From the NCBI GenBank assembly GCA_964016885.1, contig OZ024741.1, positions 4,340,001 to 4,404,000 on the forward strand: a stretch of 64,000 nt of DNA, read 5' to 3'. This stretch comes from Eledone cirrhosa. Taxonomy: Eukaryota. Shown in pieces: positions 28,111 to 38,140 of this stretch. Numbering within the stretch: the stretch's first letter is position 1; each line of letters opens with the position of its first letter. Made by a program: the position numbers and the translations under genes. The notes under the pieces were generated by a model. It saw nothing but the letters and a program-made list of their open reading frames with translations, ran no database searches and had not been told where the DNA came from.

Positions 28111-28872
28111 ATGGCGACAAGACTACGGATGAACGAAGCTATCAGGCCATTCACCGGGGAAGGTGATGTTGTCGCTAGGCTGCGGAAGGTTCGGCTGGTC
28201 GCGAGCTTGCAGAAGATAGAAGACGTGGCCGGTCTCATTGCATTGTACCTCGAGGGCGACGCGTTGGTACTCTTCCTTGAGTTGGACGAGCACAGCCAAA
28301 GAGATGTGCAGAAGATTGAGAGGCGTCTGATGGATGCATTCGCCGAGGGACCGTTGGCGGCTTTTGCTAAGCTGGCGAGAATCAGGTGGAATAGTGAGCG
28401 CGTCGACATTTTCGCAGCGGAAATAAGGCGGTTGGCTATGTTGGCGGGTTACCAGGCGGAATGCGAACGCACGGTGCGGTTGGCATTCATCAATGGATTT
28501 CCAGACGACATAGCGGTGAAACTGCAGCAAGTCCCGGAGTACAAGGAGATGGAAATGCGTTCACTGGTGGAACAAGCCCGGATCATAGCGGAAGATGCCA
28601 AAAAGAGTGTCGCGGCGATAGCGACTACGGGGGCTCAGGACACCTGGCAGCGAAATGGTCAAAGGGAGGCAACCTCGGCACGCGGCCGTTCGCGAGAATT
28701 TAAGGGCCGCTGTTTTAGGTGTCACGGCCCGCATATGGCTAGAGACTGTAGAGAGTCGAAGCCGGATATAATTTGCTACCGGTGTAAGCGACCAGGCCAC
28801 ATCGCTACTAACTGCGACCAGGGAAACGGTCCAAGGGGAACTACTGCGCCGGTAGTTGCCCCTTACGAGTAG
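28111..28872 (+). CDS. gag: Gag with two C-terminal zinc knuckles
   Basis: 253-aa ORF containing CFRCHGPHMARDC (CX2CX3HX4C) and CYRCKRPGHIATNC (CX2CX4HX4C). Confidence 0.92.
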   Translation: MATRLRMNEAIRPFTGEGDVVARLRKVRLVASLQKIEDVAGLIALYLEGDALVLFLELDEHSQRDVQKIERRLMDAFAEGPLAAFAKLARIRWNSERVDIFAAEIRRLAMLAGYQAECERTVRLAFINGFPDDIAVKLQQVPEYKEMEMRSLVEQARIIAEDAKKSVAAIATTGAQDTWQRNGQREATSARGRSREFKGRCFRCHGPHMARDCRESKPDIICYRCKRPGHIATNCDQGNGPRGTTAPVVAPYE

Positions 28873-28878
28873 CGGCGC
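28821..28878 (+). promoter_or_regulatory. -1 programmed ribosomal frameshift signal (G GGA AAC plus pseudoknot)
   Basis: The heptamer is in the gag frame at 28821-28827, and the -1 frame is open from there into pol. Stem AAGGGGAACTAC/GTAGTTGCCCCTT; loop GCGCCG is complementary to CGGCGC at 28873-28878. Confidence 0.85.
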
Positions 28879-28883
28879 TGCCC

Positions 28884-31697
28884 GTGGTGGAAGTCTTCGT
28901 GAGGGGGAAGCCACAGCGAGCCCTCATGGATACGGGCTGTACGACGACACTGGTGACCGCGGGGGTGGCGCAGAGTTGGGGAGGGAAGAGCAGCGTAAAG
29001 GCAGTCGACGGCAGGAAAATTGAATGCCGAGGTCGTAGCGAGATGGAAATAGCGGTACGGGGAAGGACGATAAGGCTTTCCGCTATCGTGGTAGACAGTG
29101 TGGTGGATGGGATCGGCGTGGTTATGGGCATGGACGCGATTGGCCGTCTAGGGGGCGTCACGGTGAACAATGTCGGTGTGTCGTTTGGCGCCGCTGCATC
29201 GGTATGCGCTGTGAGTGCACGTCATGAGAACCAGAATGCCCACGAGGAGCAATACCCCGCTTACACAGTACAGGACAAGGACTTCAATGCCGTGTTTGAT
29301 GGGCAGCGATGGGTTGTTGAGTGGTATTGGAAGGGAGAACCACCAACACTGAAGACCAAAGTGGGCTGCTATCAACACACATTGAAGGGAAACGCTAGGG
29401 ACGAGTTCGAGCGAGAAGTAGAGAGATGGATCGAAGAGGGCATACTGATTCCCTGGAAGGAGGAGGTGAAGTGCGGAGTATTGCCGTTGATGGCGGTGGT
29501 GCAACCCACGAAGAGCAAGGTGAGGCCGGTGCTGGACTATCGAGAGCTGAACGAGCACGTGTCATGCCACACGGGTGGCGAGGTCACGGATGTCTGTGGG
29601 GAAACCCTGCGTGAGTGGAGACGCATGACGGGGGGTTCAGCAATCGTGGATCTAAAGTCGGCTTACTTGCAGTTGCATATAGATGAGAAGCTCTGGCGGT
29701 ATCAGCTGGTCAGGTATAAGGGCCGGACATATTGCCTGACCAGGCTCGGTTTCGGGCTGAGCTCCGCACCGAAGATCATGGCGGCGGTCCTCAAGACCGC
29801 TCTGGGGAGGGCCGACAAGATAAAGAGGGCTACTAACTCCTACATTGACGACATCCTAGTGGACGAGTCGGTGGTGTCGACGGCGGAGGTCACGAGCCAT
29901 TTGCGGAGGTATGGACTGACTGCGAAGCCATCAGAAGCATTGGAGGGAGGAGCCGCGCTGGGACTTAGGCTACGGCGAGACAAGACGGGTGTTTTGGTGT
30001 TCCAGAGGGGAAACGAAGTTCCGGAACTGGGCCCAAGTATGAATAGGCGGGAGCTTTTCTCGGTGTGTGGAAAGCTGGTGGGTCACTACCCGATCGCTGG
30101 GTGGCTCCGGACGGCATGCAGCTATGTCAAGAGACGAGCGGGAGGGGTGACTTGGAGTGACAGAGTGGGAGAGAGAACGGTGGCCATGATGCAGGAGATC
30201 GTGGGGAGGGTGAAGGCCGACGACCCAGTGCGGGGACGCTGGTACGTTCCCAAATCACGGAGCGGGACCGTATGGTGCGATGCCAGCAGCATAGCGCTGG
30301 GTGTCACGTTGGAGATAGGAGGTGTTGAGGTCGAGGATGCAGCCTGGCTTAGAAAGAAGGACGACTGCAGCCACATCAATGTGGCCGAGCTGGACGCGGT
30401 GTTGAGAGGGGTGAACCTCGCCCTGCGGTGGGGGCTGCGCACCATCGAGATACGCACCGACTCGGCTACCGTACTCGGATGGGTAAGATCAGTGCTCACC
30501 AGTGAGAAGAGAGTGCGAACGAGAGGCGCGGCGGAGATGCTGATAAAGCGCCGCCTGGGAACGTTAGGAGAGCTGGCCACCGAGTTCGACCTGAAGCTGA
30601 GCGTAGTGTTCGTGCCTTCAGAGAAAAATAGGGCGGACATCTTAACTAGAGTGAAGAAAGCCTGGATGGAAGCGCCGGAGGAGGTAGAGGGTGAGATAGC
30701 TGCCGTGTGTCGGCTGACCGAGTTAGACCTGAAGGGGTTGCATGACATGCACCACATGGGGGTGGATAGGAGCCTGTTCCTAGCCAGGAGAATCGACTCG
30801 GACGTTAGCAGACACAGTGTTCGGGGGGTGGTTAGAGGCTGCGTCCGATGTCAGTCCATTGATCCCGCCCCGAGTGTACACGAAACGGGAAGCCTCCCGG
30901 TGGATCGCGACTGGAAGCGATTAGCGGTGGATGTGACGCACTACCGGCAGGGAACGTACCTCTCGATGGTCGACTGTGGACCAGGTCGAATGGCGATATG
31001 GAGGGAGATGAAGACTGGAACGGCCGAGGAAATCGTGCGGACGTTGAGAGAGGTGTTCTTGGAGCGGGGCCCTGTGGATGAACTGCTGATGGACAACAGC
31101 GCAGCGTTCCGCTCGGAGGCACTGAGGGGGATGCTCGAGGGATGGAAGGTGGACCGTTTCTTCAGAGCGGCGCACAGGCCGAGCGGAAATGGAATCGTGG
31201 AGCGACACCACCGGACGATCAAGGCAATGGCGGAGCGGGGCCATATCTCACCAATGGAGGCAGTGTTCTGGTACAATATGTCCCCTCGGGTTGGACAGGT
31301 CGAGGAATCGGTGCCACACAGAGCAGTATTCAAATACGAGTGGCGGCACCCGTGCACGCCACCACAACGGCCAGTGGGGAGAGAGAGTGCATTCGTGCAG
31401 GTGGGCGAAGAAGTCTGGGTTAAGCCCCCAGATGCACGGTGCACATCTCAATGGGGAAGGGGAACGGTGACGGCCGTAAATTCAAAGAACAATGTGTCCG
31501 TGGACGGGGTACCACGTCATGTCCTGGATGTAAGAAGAATCACTGTATCGACGGACTCCGAGGAAGAGGAAACCCAAGATGAGGTGGAAACCCAGAGCCC
31601 TGCCCCAATACTACGAAGATCGCAACGAAGTCGTAGACCACCGACCTGGACGGCAGACTTTCATATGCAGAGGGACGAGGGGGAAATTGATCCTTGA
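28884..31697 (+). CDS. pol: Pol polyprotein (protease, RT, RNase H, DDE integrase); probably made as a Gag-Pol fusion entered at 28821
   Basis: 937-aa ORF with ALMDTGC; DLKSAY, LGFGLSSAP and YIDD; WCDAS..HINVAEL..TDS..NRAD; HDMHH..CVRC; VDVTH..MDN..VERHHRTIK; and an RRSQRSRRPP tail. Confidence 0.95.
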   Translation: MVEVFVRGKPQRALMDTGCTTTLVTAGVAQSWGGKSSVKAVDGRKIECRGRSEMEIAVRGRTIRLSAIVVDSVVDGIGVVMGMDAIGRLGGVTVNNVGVSFGAAASVCAVSARHENQNAHEEQYPAYTVQDKDFNAVFDGQRWVVEWYWKGEPPTLKTKVGCYQHTLKGNARDEFEREVERWIEEGILIPWKEEVKCGVLPLMAVVQPTKSKVRPVLDYRELNEHVSCHTGGEVTDVCGETLREWRRMTGGSAIVDLKSAYLQLHIDEKLWRYQLVRYKGRTYCLTRLGFGLSSAPKIMAAVLKTALGRADKIKRATNSYIDDILVDESVVSTAEVTSHLRRYGLTAKPSEALEGGAALGLRLRRDKTGVLVFQRGNEVPELGPSMNRRELFSVCGKLVGHYPIAGWLRTACSYVKRRAGGVTWSDRVGERTVAMMQEIVGRVKADDPVRGRWYVPKSRSGTVWCDASSIALGVTLEIGGVEVEDAAWLRKKDDCSHINVAELDAVLRGVNLALRWGLRTIEIRTDSATVLGWVRSVLTSEKRVRTRGAAEMLIKRRLGTLGELATEFDLKLSVVFVPSEKNRADILTRVKKAWMEAPEEVEGEIAAVCRLTELDLKGLHDMHHMGVDRSLFLARRIDSDVSRHSVRGVVRGCVRCQSIDPAPSVHETGSLPVDRDWKRLAVDVTHYRQGTYLSMVDCGPGRMAIWREMKTGTAEEIVRTLREVFLERGPVDELLMDNSAAFRSEALRGMLEGWKVDRFFRAAHRPSGNGIVERHHRTIKAMAERGHISPMEAVFWYNMSPRVGQVEESVPHRAVFKYEWRHPCTPPQRPVGRESAFVQVGEEVWVKPPDARCTSQWGRGTVTAVNSKNNVSVDGVPRHVLDVRRITVSTDSEEEETQDEVETQSPAPILRRSQRSRRPPTWTADFHMQRDEGEIDP

Positions 31698-31710
31698 GAT
31701 CAGGGGGGCG
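31696..31710 (+). promoter_or_regulatory. Polypurine tract
   Basis: GAGATCAGGGGGGCG abuts the 3' LTR. Confidence 0.75.
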
Positions 31711-31972
31711 TGTGGGTATGGTGTGGCGTGCGGTGGCCGGCGGCGGGGGGCGGGGGGGAGTGCTCGACCGGAAGGGGTCTTTGACCGGAAGGATGCTCGA
31801 CCGGAAGGGCCAGGAGAGGGCCTCTCTCTAGTGGTGACCAGCATACGGTGAGGACGCGTTTTGGGCAGCTCCCGGTGTTAAGCAGTCGGACGCACGTGGA
31901 AGAGGAGTACCTGCAGTGGAATTTAGCGGCGCCTGTGAAAAGCGGTAAGTGAGATAGCTTTTTCTAACCACA
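31711..31972 (+). repeat. 3' LTR of Gypsy-like element (262 bp)
   Basis: TGTGG...CCACA, direct repeat of 27759-28044. Confidence 0.93.
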
Positions 31973-32439
31973 GGACTATCAGAGATAGTTACTGTGATGT
32001 AGGAACTAGTAACCTACTGTAGGACTATCAGAGATAGTTGGTGTGATGAAGGATCTAGTAACCTACTGTTGGACTATCAGAGATAGTCACTGTGATGTAT
32101 GAACTAGTAACCTACTGTTGGACTATCAGAGATAGTTACTGTGATGTAGTAACTAGTAACCTACTGTAGGACTATCAGAGATAGTTACTGTGATGTAGGA
32201 ACTAGTAACCTAGTGTAGGACTATCATAGATAGTTACTGTGATGTAGGAACTAGTAACCTACTGTTGGACTATCAGAGATAGTTACTGTGATGTAGGAAC
32301 TAGTAACCTACTGTTGGACTATCAGAGATAGTTACTGTGATGTAGGAACTAGTAACCTACTGTTGGACTATCAGAGATAGTTGGTGTGATGTAGGAACTA
32401 GTAACCTACTGTTGGACTATCAGAGATAGTTGGTGTGAT

Positions 32440-32442
<3 letters not shown>
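31973..32442. repeat. 49-bp satellite, block 3 (about 9.5 monomers)
   Basis: Same monomer, resuming in register after the LTR. Confidence 0.97.
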
Positions 32443-32479
<37 letters not shown>

Positions 32480-32815
32480 AATTATTGTGTAAAGTGCTCA
32501 GGTGCACTACAACTCGTCAATATAGTACATCGAATAATACACAAATGTCAGGGAAGTACATGTGTGTATGTGTCAGCTGTTCTGTTGGCGGATCTCGGGA
32601 AGCATGGAGGCCTTAAAGGATGCAGTGTCTCGACAGCTAACAACTGATGCAGGAAGTTTGTTCCATGCTTCAGCAACTCTGAGCGTGAAAAAATCTTTCC
32701 GAAAGTCATGGGAACTGTGCTGTTTTCTTACTTTGTGGGCATGTCCACGTGTGTTAGACACATGGAAATCGAAAAAGTACTCAGGGTTGTTGTTGGTAAC
32801 ATGGTTAACAATTTT
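32443..32815 (-). mobile_element. CR1-like LINE 'A', 3' half (ORF2 C-terminus, 3' UTR, (ATT)n tail)
   Basis: Translates KIVNHVTNNNPEYFFDFHVSNTRGH...FFTLRVAEAWNKLP. The 3' stem-loop AGTGC-ACCTGA-GCACT precedes the tail. Confidence 0.88.
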
Positions 32816-33110
32816 ATAATAATGATAATAATAATGAAATTATTGTGTACAGTGCTCAGGTGCACTACAACTCATCAAAGGTGCATGTATAGTACATAGA
32901 ATAATGTACAAATGTCAGGAAAATAAACAGTGTATGAGTCATGATATAATAACAATAACAATAATGAAATATTGTGTACAGTGCCCAGGTGCACCACAAC
33001 TCATCAAAAAAGTGCATGTACAGTACATAGGGCAATGCACAAACATCAGTAAAATGAACAGTGCACGAGTCATGATACACACATGTGTGCATGTGTATGG
33101 AAGGGGTACA

Positions 33111-35875
33111 TCAGGTGTAGTTTTGGCGTATTTCGGGAAGCATGAGTGTCTTAAAGGATGCAGTGTCTCGGCAGCTAACAATTGACGCAGGCAGTTTGTT
33201 CCATGCTTCAGCAACTCTGAGCGTGAAAAAATGTCTGCGAAAGTCATGGGAGCTGTGCTGTTTTCTTATCTTGTAGGCATGTCCACGTGTGTTAGACACA
33301 TGGAGATCAAAGAGGCGCTCAGGGTTGCAGTTGGCGAGATGGTTAAAAACTTTGTGGGTATTCACCAAGTCCATTGCCAGACGTCGGAGCTTCAATGAAT
33401 CCATGCCCAGGGAAGCAAGGCGTTCAGAGTATGGTAGGTGTCTGATGGAGGGTATGCGCTTGTTTGCACGTCTCTGAACAGTTTCCAGGAGGTCAATGTT
33501 CCGAGCAAGATAGGGGTTCCAGACTGATGATGCGAATTCCAAGTGTGGTCGCACCATAGCTGTATACAGTTTTAAATAGATGGCTGGAGAGCGGCTAACA
33601 AAGGTCTTGCTGAGTGATGCCAAGACACCCTCGGCCTTCTTGACAATCTTAGAGACATGCTTTGTCCAACGCAAATCGTTGCTGACAGTAATGCCCAGGT
33701 CACGTTCACAAGAGGACTTTTTGATGTCAGTGTTGTGGAGGGAGTATGTGGACGCTGGATTTTTCCTTCCAAAATGCATGGTGGTACACTTGTCCACAGC
33801 CAGCTTCAGTTGCCAGTCTGTGATCCATTGCTGCATTGTGTCCAGGTCTGATTGTAGGAAAGAGTTGTAAATTTCAGGATCAGTCCTTTTGATTTCAAGG
33901 TACAGCTTGATGTCATCTGCATATTTTAGTACCGTGGCATTCTGTAAGTTGGCATCTATGTCATTAATATATGCCACAAACAAAAGAGGACCAAGAACAG
34001 ATCCCTGTGGTACACCAGATGACATCTCATATGGTGAAGAATGCTGTCCTAGAACCGTGACTACTTCCTTTCGGCTGAGAATGAAGGATTTCAGCCAGTC
34101 GAAAAGATCATCCCTCACACCCATTGCAGAGAGTTTTGCCATAAGTCTTTTGTGTGGCACAGAATTAAAAGCCTTAGCAAAGTCAAGGTAAACAACATCC
34201 ACCCATGAGCCGCTGTCAGTGATCCGGGTGATGTCCTCAAGGAACTCGATAAGCTGATCACAGCAGCTGGAGTTAGGGATAAATCCAAACTGTGAGGGCC
34301 GGATGAGGCTGTGAGAGCTCCAGAAGTTCCAAAGTGTTTCTCTGACACAGGATTCCATCAGTTTGGCCATACAGCTAGTAAGACTGACTGGACGATAGTT
34401 GACAGGTGACATGCGGTTGCCCTTTTTGAACAGGGGAATGACACTGGCAGTTTTCCACTGCTCCGGAGTAGCACCATTGCTGAGACAGTATTGAAAGAAA
34501 AAAGAAAGCTGGCGCAAAAGGAAATCCCCGCCACGTTTGAGAAGCAGGTATGTCACACCATCAAGACCAGGGGAGGCATAGTTGCGCTTATTCTTAAGGT
34601 GACGTCGCAACATTGCAGGTGTAAATTCCATAGTTGTTATGGAATTTGATGTTAGAGATGGTGGAGATGGTACATTCTGGTTTTCAACAGTAAAAATACT
34701 TGCATAGCACTCAGCAATGAGTTCTGCGCATTCCTTGGGATCGTCAGTGATCTGGCTTGTGTGGGGATTGCGAAGAGGACCAACTGGAGAGTGAGGTCTC
34801 TGCTTTGAATGAACATATTTCCAGAACACCTTACTGTCAGGATTGGTTGCGATGCACTGTTCAAATTCAAGCACTGCCTTCTTTGTCACTTGCTTGAGAT
34901 GGTTAGAAGATTTATTCCGCTTTTTTCTGTTGGCATCTGATCTATGCAGTTTATATTCCCGTTCAGCGTTCCGACGTTCTTTCCTGGCAAGTCGGACCGC
35001 TGAAGTTTCCCAGATTGCACTTTTGGGGTGGTTATTTTTCCGCTTCCGTGGCACTGATGCTGCACACGCTATCCATATTGAGTCCAGGATGCTCTGGAGT
35101 ATAGAGTTCACATCTCCAGAGTTATACATCTCATGCCAGTTTGGGCGCTGCAGCTCAGTGCAGTACAAGTTCCAATCCGCCCTCTTCCAATCAAAGCAAG
35201 CAGATTGGAGATGGCTCTGGTTTTTGTTGCTGCCCTCAAGTGCCAGATTGGCAATGATCATAGCATGATCAGAGTCGCCTAGAGGTTCCTCAGTAGTACA
35301 ACTGATAACCACTTCAGGAGTAGTGGTGAAGATCAGGTCCAAAGTGTTGTCACCTCTTGTTGGAGAGGTGACTACTTGTGACCAGTTTGAGTCCAGCACT
35401 AGTTCAAGGAAATCGTTTGCACCCTGTGGCCAACGAAAGGTTTCCCAATCGATCTCAGGATGATTGAAGTCACCTGCAATAAACACATAAGTGGCTGTTT
35501 TCTTGGCAGCAACTCTGAGGATATCGCAAAGCTGTGTGTCCTGATGGTAGTTTGGGGGCGATAAACAACACCAAGCAGAAGTGTTGACATGGTCATACGT
35601 ATGTCACAGAAAAAAACTTCTTCCTGTGATTCGTTCAAATCAACGCAAGGAATTACCGAAAAGTTTGAACGAACGTAGACCATCACACCACCACCACGGC
35701 GGTTAATGCGGTCCTTGCGGAAAAGGTTGTACCCAGTAATGGTGAAAACCCCATCACAGAGTAAGGAATGTGCCCATGTTTCCGTGACTGTGATGAAGTC
35801 AGGGTCGATGCTTCTGACGTAGGATTCGAACAGATGTATCTTGTTGCATAAACTGCGAGCATTTAAGGACAACAA
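33111..35875 (-). pseudogene. LINE B ORF2 (AP endonuclease plus reverse transcriptase) with one frameshift
   Basis: LNARS, ETW, RGGGV and YRP in ORF 35399-35875; GDFN, SDH, DFAKAF, GVPQGSVLGP and YADD in ORF 33111-35486. One extra G in the run at 35554-35558 would join the two. Confidence 0.9.
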
Positions 35876-35939
35876 TTTGTACCCTGCTCGCAGTTTATGA
35901 TGGTGTGTAGAGGGTGGCAGGTTGTTCTGGTTTAGTTTC

Positions 35940-37334
35940 CCAGAGTTGTAGCAGTTTTTACATTGCCAGTTATTGTGGGTAGATCACACTCAGACCAGCT
36001 GGTATCTCTCTTCCACGTTTCACCAGCCTTGACAAACCTCCAGATCTGCCCATCATCACGCAGACTGAAACTTTCATCTTGTGCTGAGTTCCGATTCAAG
36101 GAAGCTGCAGCACGTAGTTTTGGACATACATGGGGTGGTAGGCCTGGGCGTGTGCGGAAGGTAATCCGACTTTCACGCCCAGCTTTAGCAGAGGCCAGAT
36201 GATATGAGGTTGCCTCTGCGGGGTCCGAGAAAGACAGCCTGATGAGTCTGGGTTTTGGACCAGGTCGACTAAGGCGGAGGGCACCCTTTGGGGGAACACA
36301 GCCTAGGTCTTTGGCTGAGCTGGCAGCAAATGCCTGAAGATCAGCCTTGTCCTCTGGTACCCAATGGCAATCACTTCATGGGTAGCAGATTCCGCAGTCT
36401 TTTCAGTCTTTCCAGCAAGAGGTACAGGGAGATTCTTTAGCAAAGCATTCCGATAAGACCCCTCATTGTGGGGTCCTACCCGAATGCTTGCCTCTATTCC
36501 TGCAACTTCCCTTCTCAGAGCAGAAATCATTAGTTGCAGTTCCGCAAAATCTGTACTGGTCGGTTGTTGTTGTTGTTGTTGTTGCTGCTGCTGCTGTCGT
36601 TGTTAGTGATGATGATGTTCCTCCACGGGAATGGCAGGGGAGGACACAGTCGCAGGTTGTTGCTGTTGTTGTTGTTGTTGGTGATGATGATGTTCCTCCA
36701 CGGGAATGGCAGGGGAGGACACAGTCGCAGGTTGTTGCTGTTGTTGTTGTTGGTGATGATGATGTTCCTCCACAGGAATGGTAGAAGAAGACACAGTCAC
36801 CAGTTGTTGGTGTCGAGATGTACTGGGAGTGGAAGACATGGGTTGTTGTTGTTTCTGATGTTCTCCCACAGGAATAGCAGTAGAAGCCAGTGTCATAGGT
36901 TTTTGCCGTTGTTCAGTAACAATGGTAGAGGAAGACACAGTCATTGGTTTTTGTTGTTGTTGTTGTTTTTCAATAACATTAATAACATTAGTGGAGGCAG
37001 GCACACAGGCCAGACACTGAAAGGACCAGGATTTTAGCTGGACCATCTCCCATATTCCATCCATCATAGCATTATGATGTCTCTTTTTTTGGCCTGGGAT
37101 CCTCCGGAAGCCTGTGGCGCATTGAAGGCAGACAGAGATGCGACAGGTTCCACATTCGACCCAGCGATTACGGAACGAGTTTTCGGGTTCCGCACAGATA
37201 TGGCAGATGTGATTTTCTGGGCAATGTTCTATCTTGGGACATCGGCCGGTTTTGTCGCATATTTCATCGATGGATATCACCATGGCAATTTTGTTATTTC
37301 TACCCATCCGTAGAAAAACACAGAATGTAAACAA
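35940..37334 (-). pseudogene. LINE B ORF1, disrupted (PHD-like finger plus His/Gln tandem repeats)
   Basis: CHIC...WVECGTC...CLQC...FQCLAC upstream of ORF2. Broken into pieces 36603-37334, 36303-36530 and 36096-36299. The 3' boundary is approximate. Confidence 0.7.
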
Positions 37335-38140
37335 TATAGGTTTAGCGCACTCGATTACGATAGAAATAAAATGTCTGTTTGTTTGTGTATTTTGTTTCCG
37401 TTTTCCTAAATGTTGTGTGTGTACAGAAGAGTCTGAATTACATTACATGTAAACAAATAAATATGCTGCGTAAGTTAAATGAAACGTACTGTAGAAGGCA
37501 GCTGTTTATTAACAGCGAAATAAGGTTTTTTTTTTGTTTTGTTTTTTTTCCCCTGATACTGCTTCTTTATAGTAAACTTTCAATAATATTTTTTTTTTTT
37601 TTTTTTTCAAATTATTAACTTTCAGCTGCTAGTATATATATATATAATTAAAAGGTGTATGTGGGTTAGAAGCGAGGTCAATGTTAAGAAATATTTTACC
37701 AATGTAAATTGGTAACATTGGCCGGTATAGTGTCTCACACGAAATAGTGTGGTTTCTTTTCACGTGTGTGTATATGCATATGGTATATATCTGTATATAA
37801 GTCTGTGTGTATATTGTTGTTTATATGTTTTGTGGAGTACTTACTGCGATCCTTAAGGGATGTAGTGATTTGTTTTGTTTTTTTTTCCTTTTTTCCCCGT
37901 CCATGTCCACACGTGGTTTGTTGGCGAAAATCAAGTCAAATTATATATACTTCGTTAAAATAATTCTATCTTGAAACTGGTACTAGTTGTCAGGGAACAG
38001 TGAACGTAATTGTGATAATGAATATTGTAATCCATCTGACATGTGTTTAAAGGGCAGTTTTTGGTGAAAATATTATATTTTGTTCGGTCAAGACGTGGTC
38101 AAGCGACCTTCCTTGTCGCCATTGTTGTTTATATAGGACA

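Larger units (their letters stand above)
27759..31972 (+). mobile_element. Full-length Gypsy/Ty3-like LTR retrotransposon (4214 bp)
   Basis: TGTGG...CCACA LTRs, gag and pol ORFs with domain order PR-RT-RNaseH-IN, a PPT before the 3' LTR, and flanks GGATT (27754-27758) / GGACT (31973-31977) as a 5-bp TSD with one mismatch. Confidence 0.95.
32816..38140 (-). mobile_element. CR1-like LINE 'B', near full length (5' UTR, ORF1, ORF2, doubled 3' UTR), nested in LINE A
   Basis: APE and RT motifs, a Cys-rich ORF1, and two tailed 3' UTR copies ending near 32945 and 32816. The flanks are contiguous halves of LINE A. Confidence 0.88.

Noticed and set aside
28104-31851. Antisense and alternate-frame ORFs over gag/pol
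   Set aside because: These are expected shadows of GC-rich coding sequence and show no motifs.
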